A stretch of 64,000 nt of DNA from Marsupella aquatica (taxonomy: Eukaryota > Plantae > Marchantiophyta), in the NCBI GenBank assembly GCA_973895155.1, contig OZ316893.1:19100857-19164856 (forward strand), in the 5' to 3' direction. This document shows positions 26,080-38,141 of the stretch, one piece after another. Position 1 is the first letter of the stretch; every line of letters begins with the position of its first letter. The notes under the pieces were generated by a model. The model was not told where the DNA came from, ran no database searches, and saw only the letters and a list, made by a program, of their open reading frames with translations. The position numbers and the translations under genes are program-made.

Positions 26080-29000
26080 TCAAGAGGTCATTATCATGGG
26101 TGCATTTTTTGGAACTTTGAGAGCAATCTTGTCCAAATCCCATCCTGATCTTTCCAGCTCCTCCAGGAATGAATCAAAATTGCTATTCATTGCATCCAAG
26201 CTCAACTTCAATTTATCCAATTGACTGCCTAGCCCAACAAGATTGGTTCCTGCGATCTCAGACGACGAAGACCAATGTTCTGAAGCTGATGGTGACCTTG
26301 TCGCAACAGAGGGCAGTAGAAGCCAATATGCTTGCCATAAACTCCGCAGAATGGCCGTGCTTGTTGCTCCTTCCTGTAAAACAAATAATGGTTCCTTTCA
26401 ATACTCAGAAGTATCCATTTTCAAAAGCATGAAATTCTAAGGGGTACAGACTGTGGTCCAAACCTTTGCCAAGATACGTGCTTGAGAGCCGTAAACAGGA
26501 TTAGAGTGCAAAACTAGAACATAGTCTTCTTGCGCATAAAGCTCTAAGAGCTTCTGGACCTGCCATCAGCGGAACACGTATAAGAGACACGTGTCTTGCG
26601 ACCAACATAAAACTTGTGAGCACATAATTGCTGGTGCTAGGCACAGACTGTTGCTGACATCCAATGCATCAAATGTGATACACACTAAGCTCCGGTCCAG
26701 TCTTGATATATACCTCAGGTGCCGAGCTGGACGACTCAATCAGACCTTTCAGCGAACAACCTATTTGAACTCTAGGTGACATCAGCTGCCACCACACCAA
26801 AAGGTTCTCCTGTTTGTTGCATTCTTTGCAACCTGTGAAGAAAAGCATAACTGAACGGTCAATCTGCATCTAAAGTACGATGCATTAATTGTATCAGAAT
26901 TTATGTTGACTCTGAAAACTTCGGAAGTATCATCGTCGTCATAAAAAGCATAATCAATGTAGAATCCGTCTCATAATTCTAGGACATTGAGTTCAGAATA
27001 TTGGTTTCATTACCAGGTAGCGTGTATCCTTCAAGGTGAGATTTGATAAGTACTGATGCCCGTTTGTAGTTGATCTACTCAACGGAACACAAAGATACCA
27101 AGATTAGTGGTGGTAGCATCAAAACATGGCGTTGTTAAGCAGAATATTACAGAGCTAGAACTCATAACTAAGGAGGAATACTTTAATTCTCACAAAACTC
27201 ACAGTAGGAAATTGAACCACTGACAGAGACTGATATCGCAGCCAAAGGTGCAATGACCGTAATGATGTCCAAACCAGCACCAGTTTCCAGTAGGACGAGC
27301 TTAGTGCAGGCATGCCCTGAGGATCCATTCCAAGAAAAATTGTTTATTATCACTTACTGTGGCCAGCCAAAAGAAAAAGCCATCTGCCATGCAAGAGTTA
27401 ACACTACAAGTCATACACCAAAAGCCAGGGTTCAACTTTGAAAGACAGTTATCAATGATAAAATAGGAGGAAATATCTGTTCTGAAGAACTTGAAGATGA
27501 TTTATTTATTTTCTATACTGTAGCAACACTAAAGAATAAGTCAGCTGCTATGCAAAGAGTTAACGCCACACCAGAAACCTAAGTTAAGGTTCGAAAGGCA
27601 GATGTCCGTGTAAACAGAAAGGAAAAAGAAAAGATGTACTCCATGTTTCTGGAGTACTTGAAGATACAATAAGTGGTTCTTTTCAAATGAAGCAACCTAC
27701 CAGGAGGAGCACTGCAACTGCGAGGCCAAGGAGTTTAGCAGACACCTCCCATACTTCTTCCTGAAATTCAGAATATATATTTAGGTGAGTTCGTGTCGTC
27801 ATAAACGAGGCGATCTGAACATACAGTTGCATCGAGATGATACTTACAAACTGAGTACTCTCAACTCCTTCCTCAACTGACCACGTAGAATCTAAAATCA
27901 TATTCCCTGTAAGCAACCAGTATCGGGTGACAAAAGCGAATGCCACACTTCATTTTTATTTTCTCTATTCCATATTCCATCCCTAGCTAAACGAAGCCGG
28001 TCCGCTTGAGCACAACTGCTAATCCCTGCCATAAATACCCGCCTCCGTGTCTTCATTGTGTGAGCTGTTTATGGTAGTGAATATCTTAACATGGAATGCG
28101 GCTGCTACAACGGAACCACATGGATAGTTAAAATACTTACCTTGGCAGATACATCTCCCACGTTCTCGGCTATGGCAAAATGATTTTGGATGACCCTAAA
28201 GGACGGGTCCTTCAAGCCCTTTGCTACAGCCTGTTCAGGACGTAAATGGCAGTCAGGTGACTGCATCATTTCTCTCGTAAACAGCCTAGAATTCCATTCA
28301 ATGGCCCAGACGAGCCGCTACATTGAAAAGGTCTAGAATATATAATAGTAGTGTATGTGTACTCGACATCATCTAGGGTATTGCAATCATCTTCCACAAA
28401 AAGTATCATGAACGATATCTTGAAAAGTCCTCCATTTTCTGCTACGAACATGAAACAGCAGGAAGTCTGTTCGCTTCTCTATACCTTCAGCAAATAGCCA
28501 AGAGAACCTAGCAGCAAAAACTGGTCCGGATCAAGAGGAGTACACAACTCAAATATACTGCAATTTTCAATCACAGTGTAAGTGAGAAGTAGCATAATGA
28601 TTTATTACAGTAAGAATTTTATTAAGAAGTAGCATGATGATTTATTACAGTAAAGAATTTTATAAAGGACCTAAATGTGAATAGAGATCGTCTTTAATCT
28701 GAATTTGTGACGTGCTAGTCCCACTACAACTATGTACTATATTTGCTGTGAAATATCAACATCTTGAAGTGACTGGATAGAACAACGTCAAGCAACTTTG
28801 TGATCTGAGGTTGCTTAACGGTTCAATTGAAAGAATAACCGTACTTCCTTTTGAGTACACCATGCAATGGATCGCATCACCTCAACTTCCAAACAATGCT
28901 AAAGAGTGTCTAGCTCGATGACCACGGATGATGACTTCAATTATTGGCAAAAGTAAGAAACAAGCTTAAACAAGTTTACGCGGTCTTGCCTCCTCCTTAC

Positions 29001-31622
29001 CTGCCCGCACTTCCAATAAAATCTGCATATAAGCGCCATTGCTTGGGATCCTCATCGAAAATACTCCCAAATCGCCCACCTGTAGATAACTAGGAAGATC
29101 CGAAACATATAGGTGTCAACATGCGTTTTCTCTGAGTAGGAACCACCTGGCAAATAAATTAAAAGGAATTTGTGACGTGATTCCGTACCAATGAGGACCA
29201 GACCAAAAGCACCCAACCCATCCTTGGTCACCCATCTGCAGTATCAAAGCAATCATTTCTCCTTTAATTTCTGCATAGAGCAATGATAGTGACAAACTAT
29301 GAGTGATCCTAACTGCTGGAAATGTACGCGTTTGCAGTAAATCATTCAAACACCTTCAAGAAGAAGGGCTACGGCTTGCAAGAAAATTCATCTCTCCTTT
29401 ACTAGCCCCAATACAGTTCACAAAACGTGCGAGGCTTTGTTAGTTTCATTACCCGACACTGGCTGTCAATTTTCTGGACGACGGTTTGGATTGAAAAAAC
29501 AGTTTTAAAGCAAACGCTGATGGCAGACATAAGTTTTGAGACAAACGCTGATGGTCATTAAGCTAAGTGTTCAACATACTTGATAGTGGCAGTTGCTGCA
29601 GCAGCGTATCCACCGTCTACACCTACACCGACAGCCTGGAGAAACATGAACCCACACGAACTTCAGTCATGAAAAAGAAGGTGCGCGCAAATCTTAACCG
29701 AGCTGGTAATTTATTCATTGTTGGGACGAGTCATGTACCACTGATAAGATGAATATTCTTTACAAGGTAATATGCTATCAGGATCTACAATTCCGAGTAG
29801 ATTTAAATGTAGAAGCTCTCGACTTCTGTTTAAAACTGCTTACAACGAAGCTTTAAAACTCAGATCAGCCTTCGCTATATATCATGGGAAAGCAAGGCTA
29901 GAGATCCAAACCTTGAAAAGGCTAGAGGTGACTATGGTGCTGCATATCCATCCCGTGACATTTGTGGGGAACTGCCACAGCATGTACTGCAAATAGTCAT
30001 TTGACACTGAATCTGGCCCCAGAGAAGTTGCAACAAACAAATATCAACCTGATGGGCATTCACCGTGAGTTTTCCAATTTATGTACTGTCGTGCCTAAGG
30101 TAGTTAACAATTCTCTGAATACCACTCACGGTGAGAAGCATAAAAGCAGCCTCCACATAGACCGGGTCTGGAAACAACCATAATACCTGGAAAGCCTCCT
30201 GGAAGAACGAAATCAATAACCACCTTGGGAAGAGGAATTCCAAGCGGGAGCAGCAAAGGCTCTCTGGTCCGCATAATCCCTGCAGTATTGCTTGATCTGG
30301 TTCCATTTGAGCTGCTAGTGTTCACCTCCTCAATCCTCACGGTTCCGGAAATTTCATCCAACCAATATCTGCACGAGGATGAGACGGTAGTTTGAATGAC
30401 TCGGAGCCAAGATTAAAGTGCACTGCTAGACTCAAACGGTGCCAGGAGGAGAGTCCAGAATTAAGACCTGCGAATCAGGTCATCCTTAACTCTCTCCTGC
30501 ACTAAGGGCTCCACATTGCCTGTCTCCCCTCGATCAACGTCCCTGTTCCAAAACCCACTAGACAGTGAGAGTTAGAATACCAGATCATATCAAGCTAGAC
30601 TGCTGACGAACATGATAGCTCTCGGATAGAAAGCACAGCTAGACTATACTGTTTGACTTAGCAAATGAATAAAAGGGTTGGAATGGTTCGCCCTCATCAA
30701 GACTCGATAGAAGTAACGAAGTACACAATCCTCTGCGAACCTCTGTAATTGGACAAAATGTCCTACTCCGAGCTACGGGCAAACAGAAACATAATCGAGA
30801 CCACTAACAGTTTGAGATTCCTTCGCTACTTGAACTTTGAAAACGAACGAATAGGATTTTTTGAACATTATCTTCTGTATCTTAGACCATAATTTACTCT
30901 GAAAACGCACCAATCCGATATTTTGAATATCATCTTCTGTACCTTACGCCATAATATTAGGTAGAGTTTAAGAGGGGGACTACTTTGAGCAGAGGTTTCT
31001 CGTCCAGCCTAGACAGCAGAGTATGCCTTTATTTCATCTGGGCATTCAGAGCTTTTTGTAACTACAGTACACATTGCACTGGACCAATCCTTGAAATCCC
31101 AGCCCTGTCCCACACAATGGACTAACCGGATGCCTAATTCAGGAGGATACTGCTATATGCCCCTACTAATAACAAAATTTAATTGACACCCAAAATCTAT
31201 CCAGTCACTTGTATGTGCAGAAAATCAAAGCTCCGTCAGCCTAGAATGTATGCTTGTTGAAGGAGAATCTACAATCTACCACGATGTGGATCCACGAAGT
31301 TCTGAGTTGACACTTTCATTCCGAGGGACTTGAGGATACACATGAAACTATTTGAAAGAGTTGCGTACCGGGAAGGTGCGTTGGTTATTCGGAATTTGCT
31401 TTGATCCACCAAATATTGCTTCTGTTGCACGGACGTGGGCTTTTCTGAATGCTCCGATTCTGCGCTTCTCGTAACCTCTCGGCGTCTCGCTTCTAAGCTT
31501 AGAACTCTTCTTCGCTCTTGTAGCTTCCTTGGCGTTGTTGCCTTGTGGAATCCATGGAAGGTAGAATTGGCTACAGCCGACGGAGACAGTGAAAGAGATG
31601 GGAGAGCGTGTAGAGACGGCAT
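26080..31622 (-). CDS. RUS5: ROOT UVB SENSITIVE 5-like (DUF647) protein with a plastid transit peptide, multi-exon
   Basis: Exons encode DFVLPGGFPG|SVSNDYLQYMLWQFPTNVTGWIC, WVTKDGLGAFG, GRFGSIFDEDPKQWRLYADFIGSAG, AVAKGLKDPSFRVIQNHFA, EEVWEVSAKLLGL, CKECNKQENLL and GWDLDKIALKVPKN...*. Stop at 26082-26080. Confidence 0.88.
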
Positions 31623-32099
31623 GACTTCACGTCAATTCAAATTTTCAGGCACTGTCTCCCTCTCGTTTGCAAATCCTCAGCCCTCTCCCTTGGGGTTTGC
31701 GGTTCCGTGATTTTAAAATCGATTCAGTAATTCATTCAGACATTCGATATTCCTTCGAGTTTGAGGTCCTTTCCTCGATATCCATGCATGCACAATCTTG
31801 AAATAAACTTCGTGGTCAAATGGTCAAAGCCACCCAAAAAAATCTAGTCCACACGAACGCTCTAAATGTTAAAGCGTTAAAGCACCCCTAAAGGAAACAT
31901 CACCCGCAGACCAGAAGGTTGGCTCTCCCAGACAGACACTAAGGGAAGTAGGGAGATAAAAGACAGGTAGAAAGTTCTCAATTACAGCATCTCCACACCT
32001 CTACCCATTTGCTACTGCCATTGCATACATTTGCAGGCAGATTTTGATTTCTTAACATTTAAGAATAGAACTTGAGTAGTTCGTAAACAAAGCCTAGTT

Positions 32100-33400
32100 G
32101 AAGTAGCTACACATTTTATGAGATAGGTTACTCTTGTTCCTTCTCATTTTCCTTAGATTAGCTCCAAACTCATATTTTGTATATCCACACCTGTCCTGTG
32201 GTCTGGGAAATAAATTGCGATACCCTATCCCAGGGTCAATCCCAACGGCAAGCCCCAAAGTCATGGTGTGTACAGAGTTTGTATGTGTGATGTTTGCAGT
32301 GCAGTGGTCCACATAGCAACCGGGAAATGGAGTGTGTTTGCACCATGTTTGCACCGTCAATCACTTTGGGGGGATTCTCTGGCAGCCTAGACAGGTGACT
32401 GTCACTCTTGGCAAATTTGCCATTTGGGTAATCAACTACCATTAATTTGCCAATTCAGGGTACAGATGGGAGACGAGACCTGGAAAACTCATTCCCTATT
32501 AGTTTTTTTTTGGGTGGAGGTTGCAAGCAAAAATAGGCCACAGCTGGAGATGCTCTTAGCTACCAAATCTGGTGGACCCCGGCATTGTATGGAAGCTGCA
32601 TTTGGAGTGACTCTGCTAGGACCCCAGAATTTGGGATCCTAAGATCATTCCCACCATCTGCTCTTGGGCCCACCAGGGAGTGAATATTGTGGGACCAGCT
32701 GCAGGCCCATTTTTGAACCCCCACCGTGCCTCGGTCACGCCTCGGTCTGTGTACCCTAACGCACGGCCTGACATTATTTCCTCCACAGGCCAGTAGTCCT
32801 CACCACAAGGTGGCATGACCAAGCCCGCCAAGACCGATTGACACGATCAGCCCTCTCCCTTTGGTCGAATGTCTTTTTGCAGCTGCTCTGTCAAGTTCTT
32901 GAAGGACTTAGGGTTCTTCACTTGTCCCAGCGGGACCCAGATGCATGGGTGCCTCATCCGCTTGCTAAATCTCCCAAATGGCAGGGAGGTTTAGTGGGTG
33001 TGTGTTACACTAGAGAGGGCTCAGGTATTCACTATTCTGCAGAGGACCAAAGTTTTTTAGTTTTAGGGCCTCCAGATAAATCACTCTTGTGATCCTCTTG
33101 TGTAGTTTAGTCTTCAACTTCAGTAGGTTTTCAGTTCACTCTGAGGCACTACTTCAGTTCTTTGCAGTTGGACTCTTGGGCTCTTTGGTCTTCTTGGGTA
33201 GTGAGAGCTGACCAATCTAAACGAGATGCATGCCCTATGAAGTCAAAATTAGGAACAATAAGCAGAGCGAGCGTAAGATGGGTGTTGCCTTCAAACATTC
33301 CTCTTCTCTTTAGTGAGACTTTGCTCCACAATTTCAGGAAAAAATACGAAAATGGGTGAATTTGGTGGAACCAGATTTTTGTCATGGCTAGTGGCTCTTC
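32100..33400 (-). mobile_element. Highly degraded Ty3/gypsy pol fragments
   Basis: HLTLALLIVPNF resembles the RT-RNase H connector and DYPNGK...DSHLSRLP resembles the RNase H end (ADxLSR). Many stops and frameshifts. Confidence 0.4.
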
Positions 33401-35037
33401 AAGTGAATCTCTCTCTCTCTGTCTTTTCCTCTGTCCCTATGCCATTGACTCGGGCTGTGTATTCACTCCCTCCACAAATTCAGTTCTTCCTGAGTCTACA
33501 GTAGAGCGCATTGTTCCCTCTTGTTGATCAGTGCCCAAAATCTCCTCCTAAGGTCTGCAATGAAATTGAAGCCAGGATGGACCTCCAAGTTTGTCAAAAT
33601 GCTCGGATATACATTTACAACCTGGATGAACTTCAGCAAACCCTAGATTTTGCTCTTGTAGTACATATTAAAATGAGGAGTGAAATGTGGCGAAGAAAGT
33701 AAGACAGCTATCTTAAAAAAATTCTATGGTCTCTCAATTCTCAATGAAATTTAACTATTTAAACTCAATCTACACACTGTAATATGACATCCCGCCAAAT
33801 CTTGGGATCGTCTGCTTACAAAAATGTGAAAAGACATGATTGTTTCCAAACCATCGGATATAACATGCCAATTTTATTGATCATTAGATTGTCCAAAATA
33901 AAGAAGGGGCCACATACACCAAGTCTGTATTCCTGTAAGGATGGTCCGTGGGCCTGTGCAAGTCAGCATTGGGTCAAGTACAAGGAAATGTCACGAGTGG
34001 GGAGATGGAGAGTGTTGACAAGGTCCAACTTAAAAAGAAAACATTCAATTTAAATATCTTTTGGGTATCATCACATCACCCAAGAAGAACAATCTAATGG
34101 AAGTGTGAAATAATGTAATTAATGAGAAAGAAAGTACAAATAAAGATAGTTACAAAAGCATTAGTTATTAGGAGAGGTAGGGCACAAGATTCATTCCCAT
34201 ATATATTTAGATTTGTATTTTATGATATCCATTTATTTAAGAGGGAAGGAGAGACACCCTCCTGTTTGTGTGGGTTTTTTAAAGTAGATGTGGAGACAAG
34301 ATCCCTCTTGCTTCAGCGAACAGAATATATAACACAGTGCCCAAGGGCAAAAACGCCAAACCGGGAGATAAGATCCCAAAGGCAATGCAACCCAATGAAG
34401 GGGAGGAAAAGAGGGGAAAGGGCCCCAAGAAAAAATACGCCAAGGGGTCCCTAACCCAAAAACCGACAAAAAAGTAACCTATAAAGGAGCCGTGAAAGCT
34501 AATACCCTACTGAGCGGAGAACTGAAAATCCTGGTAGAGCTCCGGAATAAACCGCAAAGGAGGGTCCCAAAGCAAAACCTGACGGGAGACCCTAAAACCA
34601 ACTGTCTCAGCCCTACAAAGTAAGGTGAAAGCCTGGGCCCATTGAAGAGCCACAGACACCAGCTGCTAAAAAAAGGTGGTGACGACAGAAACAAGGGGGA
34701 AAGGCTTCCTCTCATTACAATAAACAGCACAGGCCCGCAGGAACTGGTCTTGTTATAACACTTTGGTGTCACAAAATTCATGTTTTATTGCACCTTTTTC
34801 TGTCTATATAATTTTTAGTACCAATCATATTCAACATGGATAACACCTGGCCCAAGGCATGAGAATCATAATTTTGTGTCTTCTTATCACACTCTTTTGG
34901 ATCACAATTTTCGGTATCAACTGCATTCATGATTTTGTATGCAATTTTCATCTCTTTCCCCTCCCAACATTTCATGTTTGAAAGTTTAATTAAACAATGT
35001 CCTTTTTGCATGCACTATTCCCCTTTGACAATCTATG

Positions 35038-35075
35038 GGGAAATGTACTGTACTATATAATACAGTACATTTCCC
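35038..35075. repeat. Perfect 15-bp inverted repeat with an 8-nt loop
   Basis: GGGAAATGTACTGTA-ctatataa-TACAGTACATTTCCC. Confidence 0.9.
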
Positions 35076-35156
35076 TTTTCATTCCAGAACTTCCCGTTGA
35101 GCAGTCATATTGGTAGCATTCTTTACCCTCCCCTAGACCAAAGTCAAGGGGGAGAT

Positions 35157-35503
35157 TGTTAGGATTTACTCTTAGGTCTAGAGTTATGAATGTACCATAT
35201 TGTTAAGGCTACCCTTAGTCGCAGACTTGGTTAGGTTAGTCATGTTGTGCACACTATATAACCAAGCGGTGTTTGCTTGGAGAGGGGGAACTCAGGCTCA
35301 TTGTTACGGAGCTAGTTGAGAGATAGAGAGAGCTTGCGCTGTGGATGCTTGGTATGGCCGGTCGGCCTAGAGTGCAGTAAAGCTCATGTGTGTTCCCGTG
35401 GACGTAGCCTCATGTGGGGGTGAACCACGTATTTCTCTGTGTCGACTCTTGTGGGTTGGATGGTTCATGGGCTTGCCGTTGCGATTGTCGTCTATGCTCA
35501 ACA
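35157..35503 (+). repeat. Left LTR (347 bp)
   Basis: TGTTAGG...CTCAACA; by my count it differs from the right LTR by 7 substitutions and one 2-bp indel. Confidence 0.93.
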
Positions 35504-36412
35504 ATTGGTATCAGAGCATGCCTGGGAGGTGACGAGGTTTTTTTGTGACGGTGTTCCAGCGTTCATTGTTGGTGTTGCATTCAGGGTTTCGTCGCATGAA
35601 ACTCGAATGTGTGTGGCTGAGCGAATAGGTTAGTGAGAGGGCTTTCTAACGGTGGTTAGAACTCGCTGATCGGTATCCGTGGTGCAGAGGAATTGAAGTT
35701 TGCGTCGTTCAGGGTTTATTCGTGTTCGACGGGATTTCGGGGGAGAGACCAGAGATTGTTTTTTCAATGGTGTGAGTTGTGCGGTGCGGGAGGCATCGCA
35801 TGTTATAGCTCAAGTTGAAGGTTGAAGCGAGCTGGTCGTTTTGGTACCTGGTTTGCTGGCGTTTATGGAGCGAGTGCATCGTGACGAGTGAAAGTTGAGC
35901 TCTGGTTTTTTGACAAGCTATGGTGCTTGTTTTTCCTTGAACCGGATTACTCATCGTGACGCTTGACTCGGAGGAAGAAACGCGAAGTGCTGAGGCTCAA
36001 CGGAGAGATCGTGGTGAGGCAATCGTTTTGAGTCCGCGATTGGCCCCGCGATTGGCCCTTGATGCGGAGAGAGTAAGACACGGCAGAGGTTTTCTCTTCT
36101 CTGGTGGAGCTGCAGACGTGCCGGTGCAATTTGGCAACATTTTCATGTCGGCGGTCATCACTTTTCTCATTGGAAACCGAAGCAAAGGCAGCTGAGGTTT
36201 GTAACACGACCTTTGTGTCATTTTTGGGCACATTTTAAGGTTAGTTTAGGGTATTTTTTTACCTCCATACGGCCTGTATACCTTCAAATCCCGACAAACC
36301 TACTTCGCCATATGCCCCGGCGTGCGCCCCGGCCTCCCACACCCCTTTAAGCACGAAAATGTGCTTTTTCTGGTGAAAATACGGCCCAAATACGCAAAAA
36401 TATGCGCATTTT

Positions 36413-36600
36413 GACCCCTTTAAACCTGTTTTTTCACGTTTATTTGCACTTTATATGCAATTTTGGTCGCGAATACGTGCGCCTTTTCCAGGGGCTTTAA
36501 GACCCCTTTAAACCCGTTTTTTCACGTTTATTTGCACTTTATACGCAATTTTGGTCGCGAATACATGCGCCTTTTCCAGGGGCTTTAAAACCCCTTTAAA
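36413..36600 (+). repeat. 88-bp tandem duplication in the copia 5' leader
   Basis: gacccctttaaacc.gttttttcacgtttatttgcacttt... at 36413 and 36501, with a partial third copy. Confidence 0.85.
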
Positions 36601-37100
36601 GTGATTTTTTCTGAATTTTTTTTCTCTCCTCCTCATTGGTTGTGCCGCATCCCGGGCCCTGTGACCCTCTATTTTAACCGTTTAGACAGGGGGAACGGCC
36701 CCCTGTGAGACTTGTCGGACTGTGCGGGAATATTCCCAAAAAATAGAGAGCTGTTTTTCGGCCGTCCGACAAAGATTTCATCCGCCGAACGATAACTTTT
36801 TTGGTTCTTTTTCGGCGAGGTTGTAGCCATTGAAGTTGGCAACGCGGCGCACCGATCACATCGCAATTCTGATGACGGGTTGTACTTGGTATTTCGGTTA
36901 TTCCCTGAGGTGGTCAAAATGGGGGAGTTTCCCAAGGTTTTACCCACCTCGACCAAAATTTGAATAACTTTTCCGTCAAATTTTGATTTTGATTTCGGTT
37001 TTTCAGTATTGGACTCCTAGCTTTATGGGCTATGCGGCGGTGTTGAGTTTTGAGTTTTTTGAGAAGTTGTGAAAAAAGACATTTTTTGTGATTTTCTCAC

Positions 37101-38141
37101 ATGAGTGATTTGGAGGAGTTTTTTGAAGACGTGGAACTTGAAGCACGAGGATCACCGCGGCGGTTTGAGGGGTAGAGAGAGGAGCAGGAGGAAGAGCACG
37201 TGACACCGATACCATCACCGGTGCGGCGTGTGGTGGAGGAAGCAGTACTACTACCGGAGCTCACGGTAGTGCCAAAGAAGAAGATGGGGACTTTCAAGCT
37301 TGGGGGACCCAAGTATGAAGTGACAAAGTATGATGGGTGCTCTGACTACTTGCTATGGGAGAAGCAGGTGAAGGGAGTGTTCTATGCGTCAGGGATGGGC
37401 CAACTGCTGAGCCTTTGTGGAGATGATGTTGATGAGAAACAATGGGACCACATGCAGGAGCAGGGAGTGTGGTGTGTTACACTCTATCTCATGTCTCCCA
37501 TCATCAAGCAGTTGGGTGCACATAAGGATTGCATGTCCTTGTTTGCGGAATTGCAAAGCAAGTATCACCGCAAGGAGTTGTCGAACCGGCTCTACACTTC
37601 CTACAAACTGATGAGTTTCAGGATGAAGGAATCCGGTACAAAATTGCAAGACCATGTGGATGCTTTCAACGACATGGTCGTTGACTTGGAAAACCTTGGG
37701 GAGACTTTGAATGATGAGACGAAGGCTCTACAGCTTCTCAATTCATTGCCTCCATCTTACCAGTCCCTATCACGAGTGTTGTTGCATCGTGATAGGGATA
37801 CCATTTTATACAATGACGTGGTAAGTTCTCTGCTTAGTGATGATCTTCAACAGAAGATGCACATCACGTCACAACCTTCATCATCTGGTGCTGCCCTCAA
37901 TGTTAACCGTGGGAGGAGTATGCAACGACCAACTGGGGACCGTAGAACCCAGTTTAGATCTAAATCCAGATCTAAGTCTAGGGATAAATCCCCTCAGAGA
38001 AGGCAGGTGACATGTTGGAAGTGCAACCAAGTTGGACACTTCAAGCGAGACTGTAAGGAAAAGACAGCAGAAACTTCATCGGCAAATGTGGCTAGGGCTG
38101 ATGGAGAAGCTGATTTACTCAATGATGAGTATGTTTTATGA
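37101..38141 (+). pseudogene. gag: Copia gag, with an in-frame TAG at 37173
   Basis: ATG at 37101 is in frame with KYDGCSDYLLW...LLNSLPPSY...CWKCNQVGHFKRDC (CCHC knuckle). Confidence 0.85.

Noticed and set aside
28585-28665. ~40-bp tandem duplication in a RUS5 intron containing ATGATGA
   Set aside because: Simple slippage duplication with no supporting snoRNA structure.
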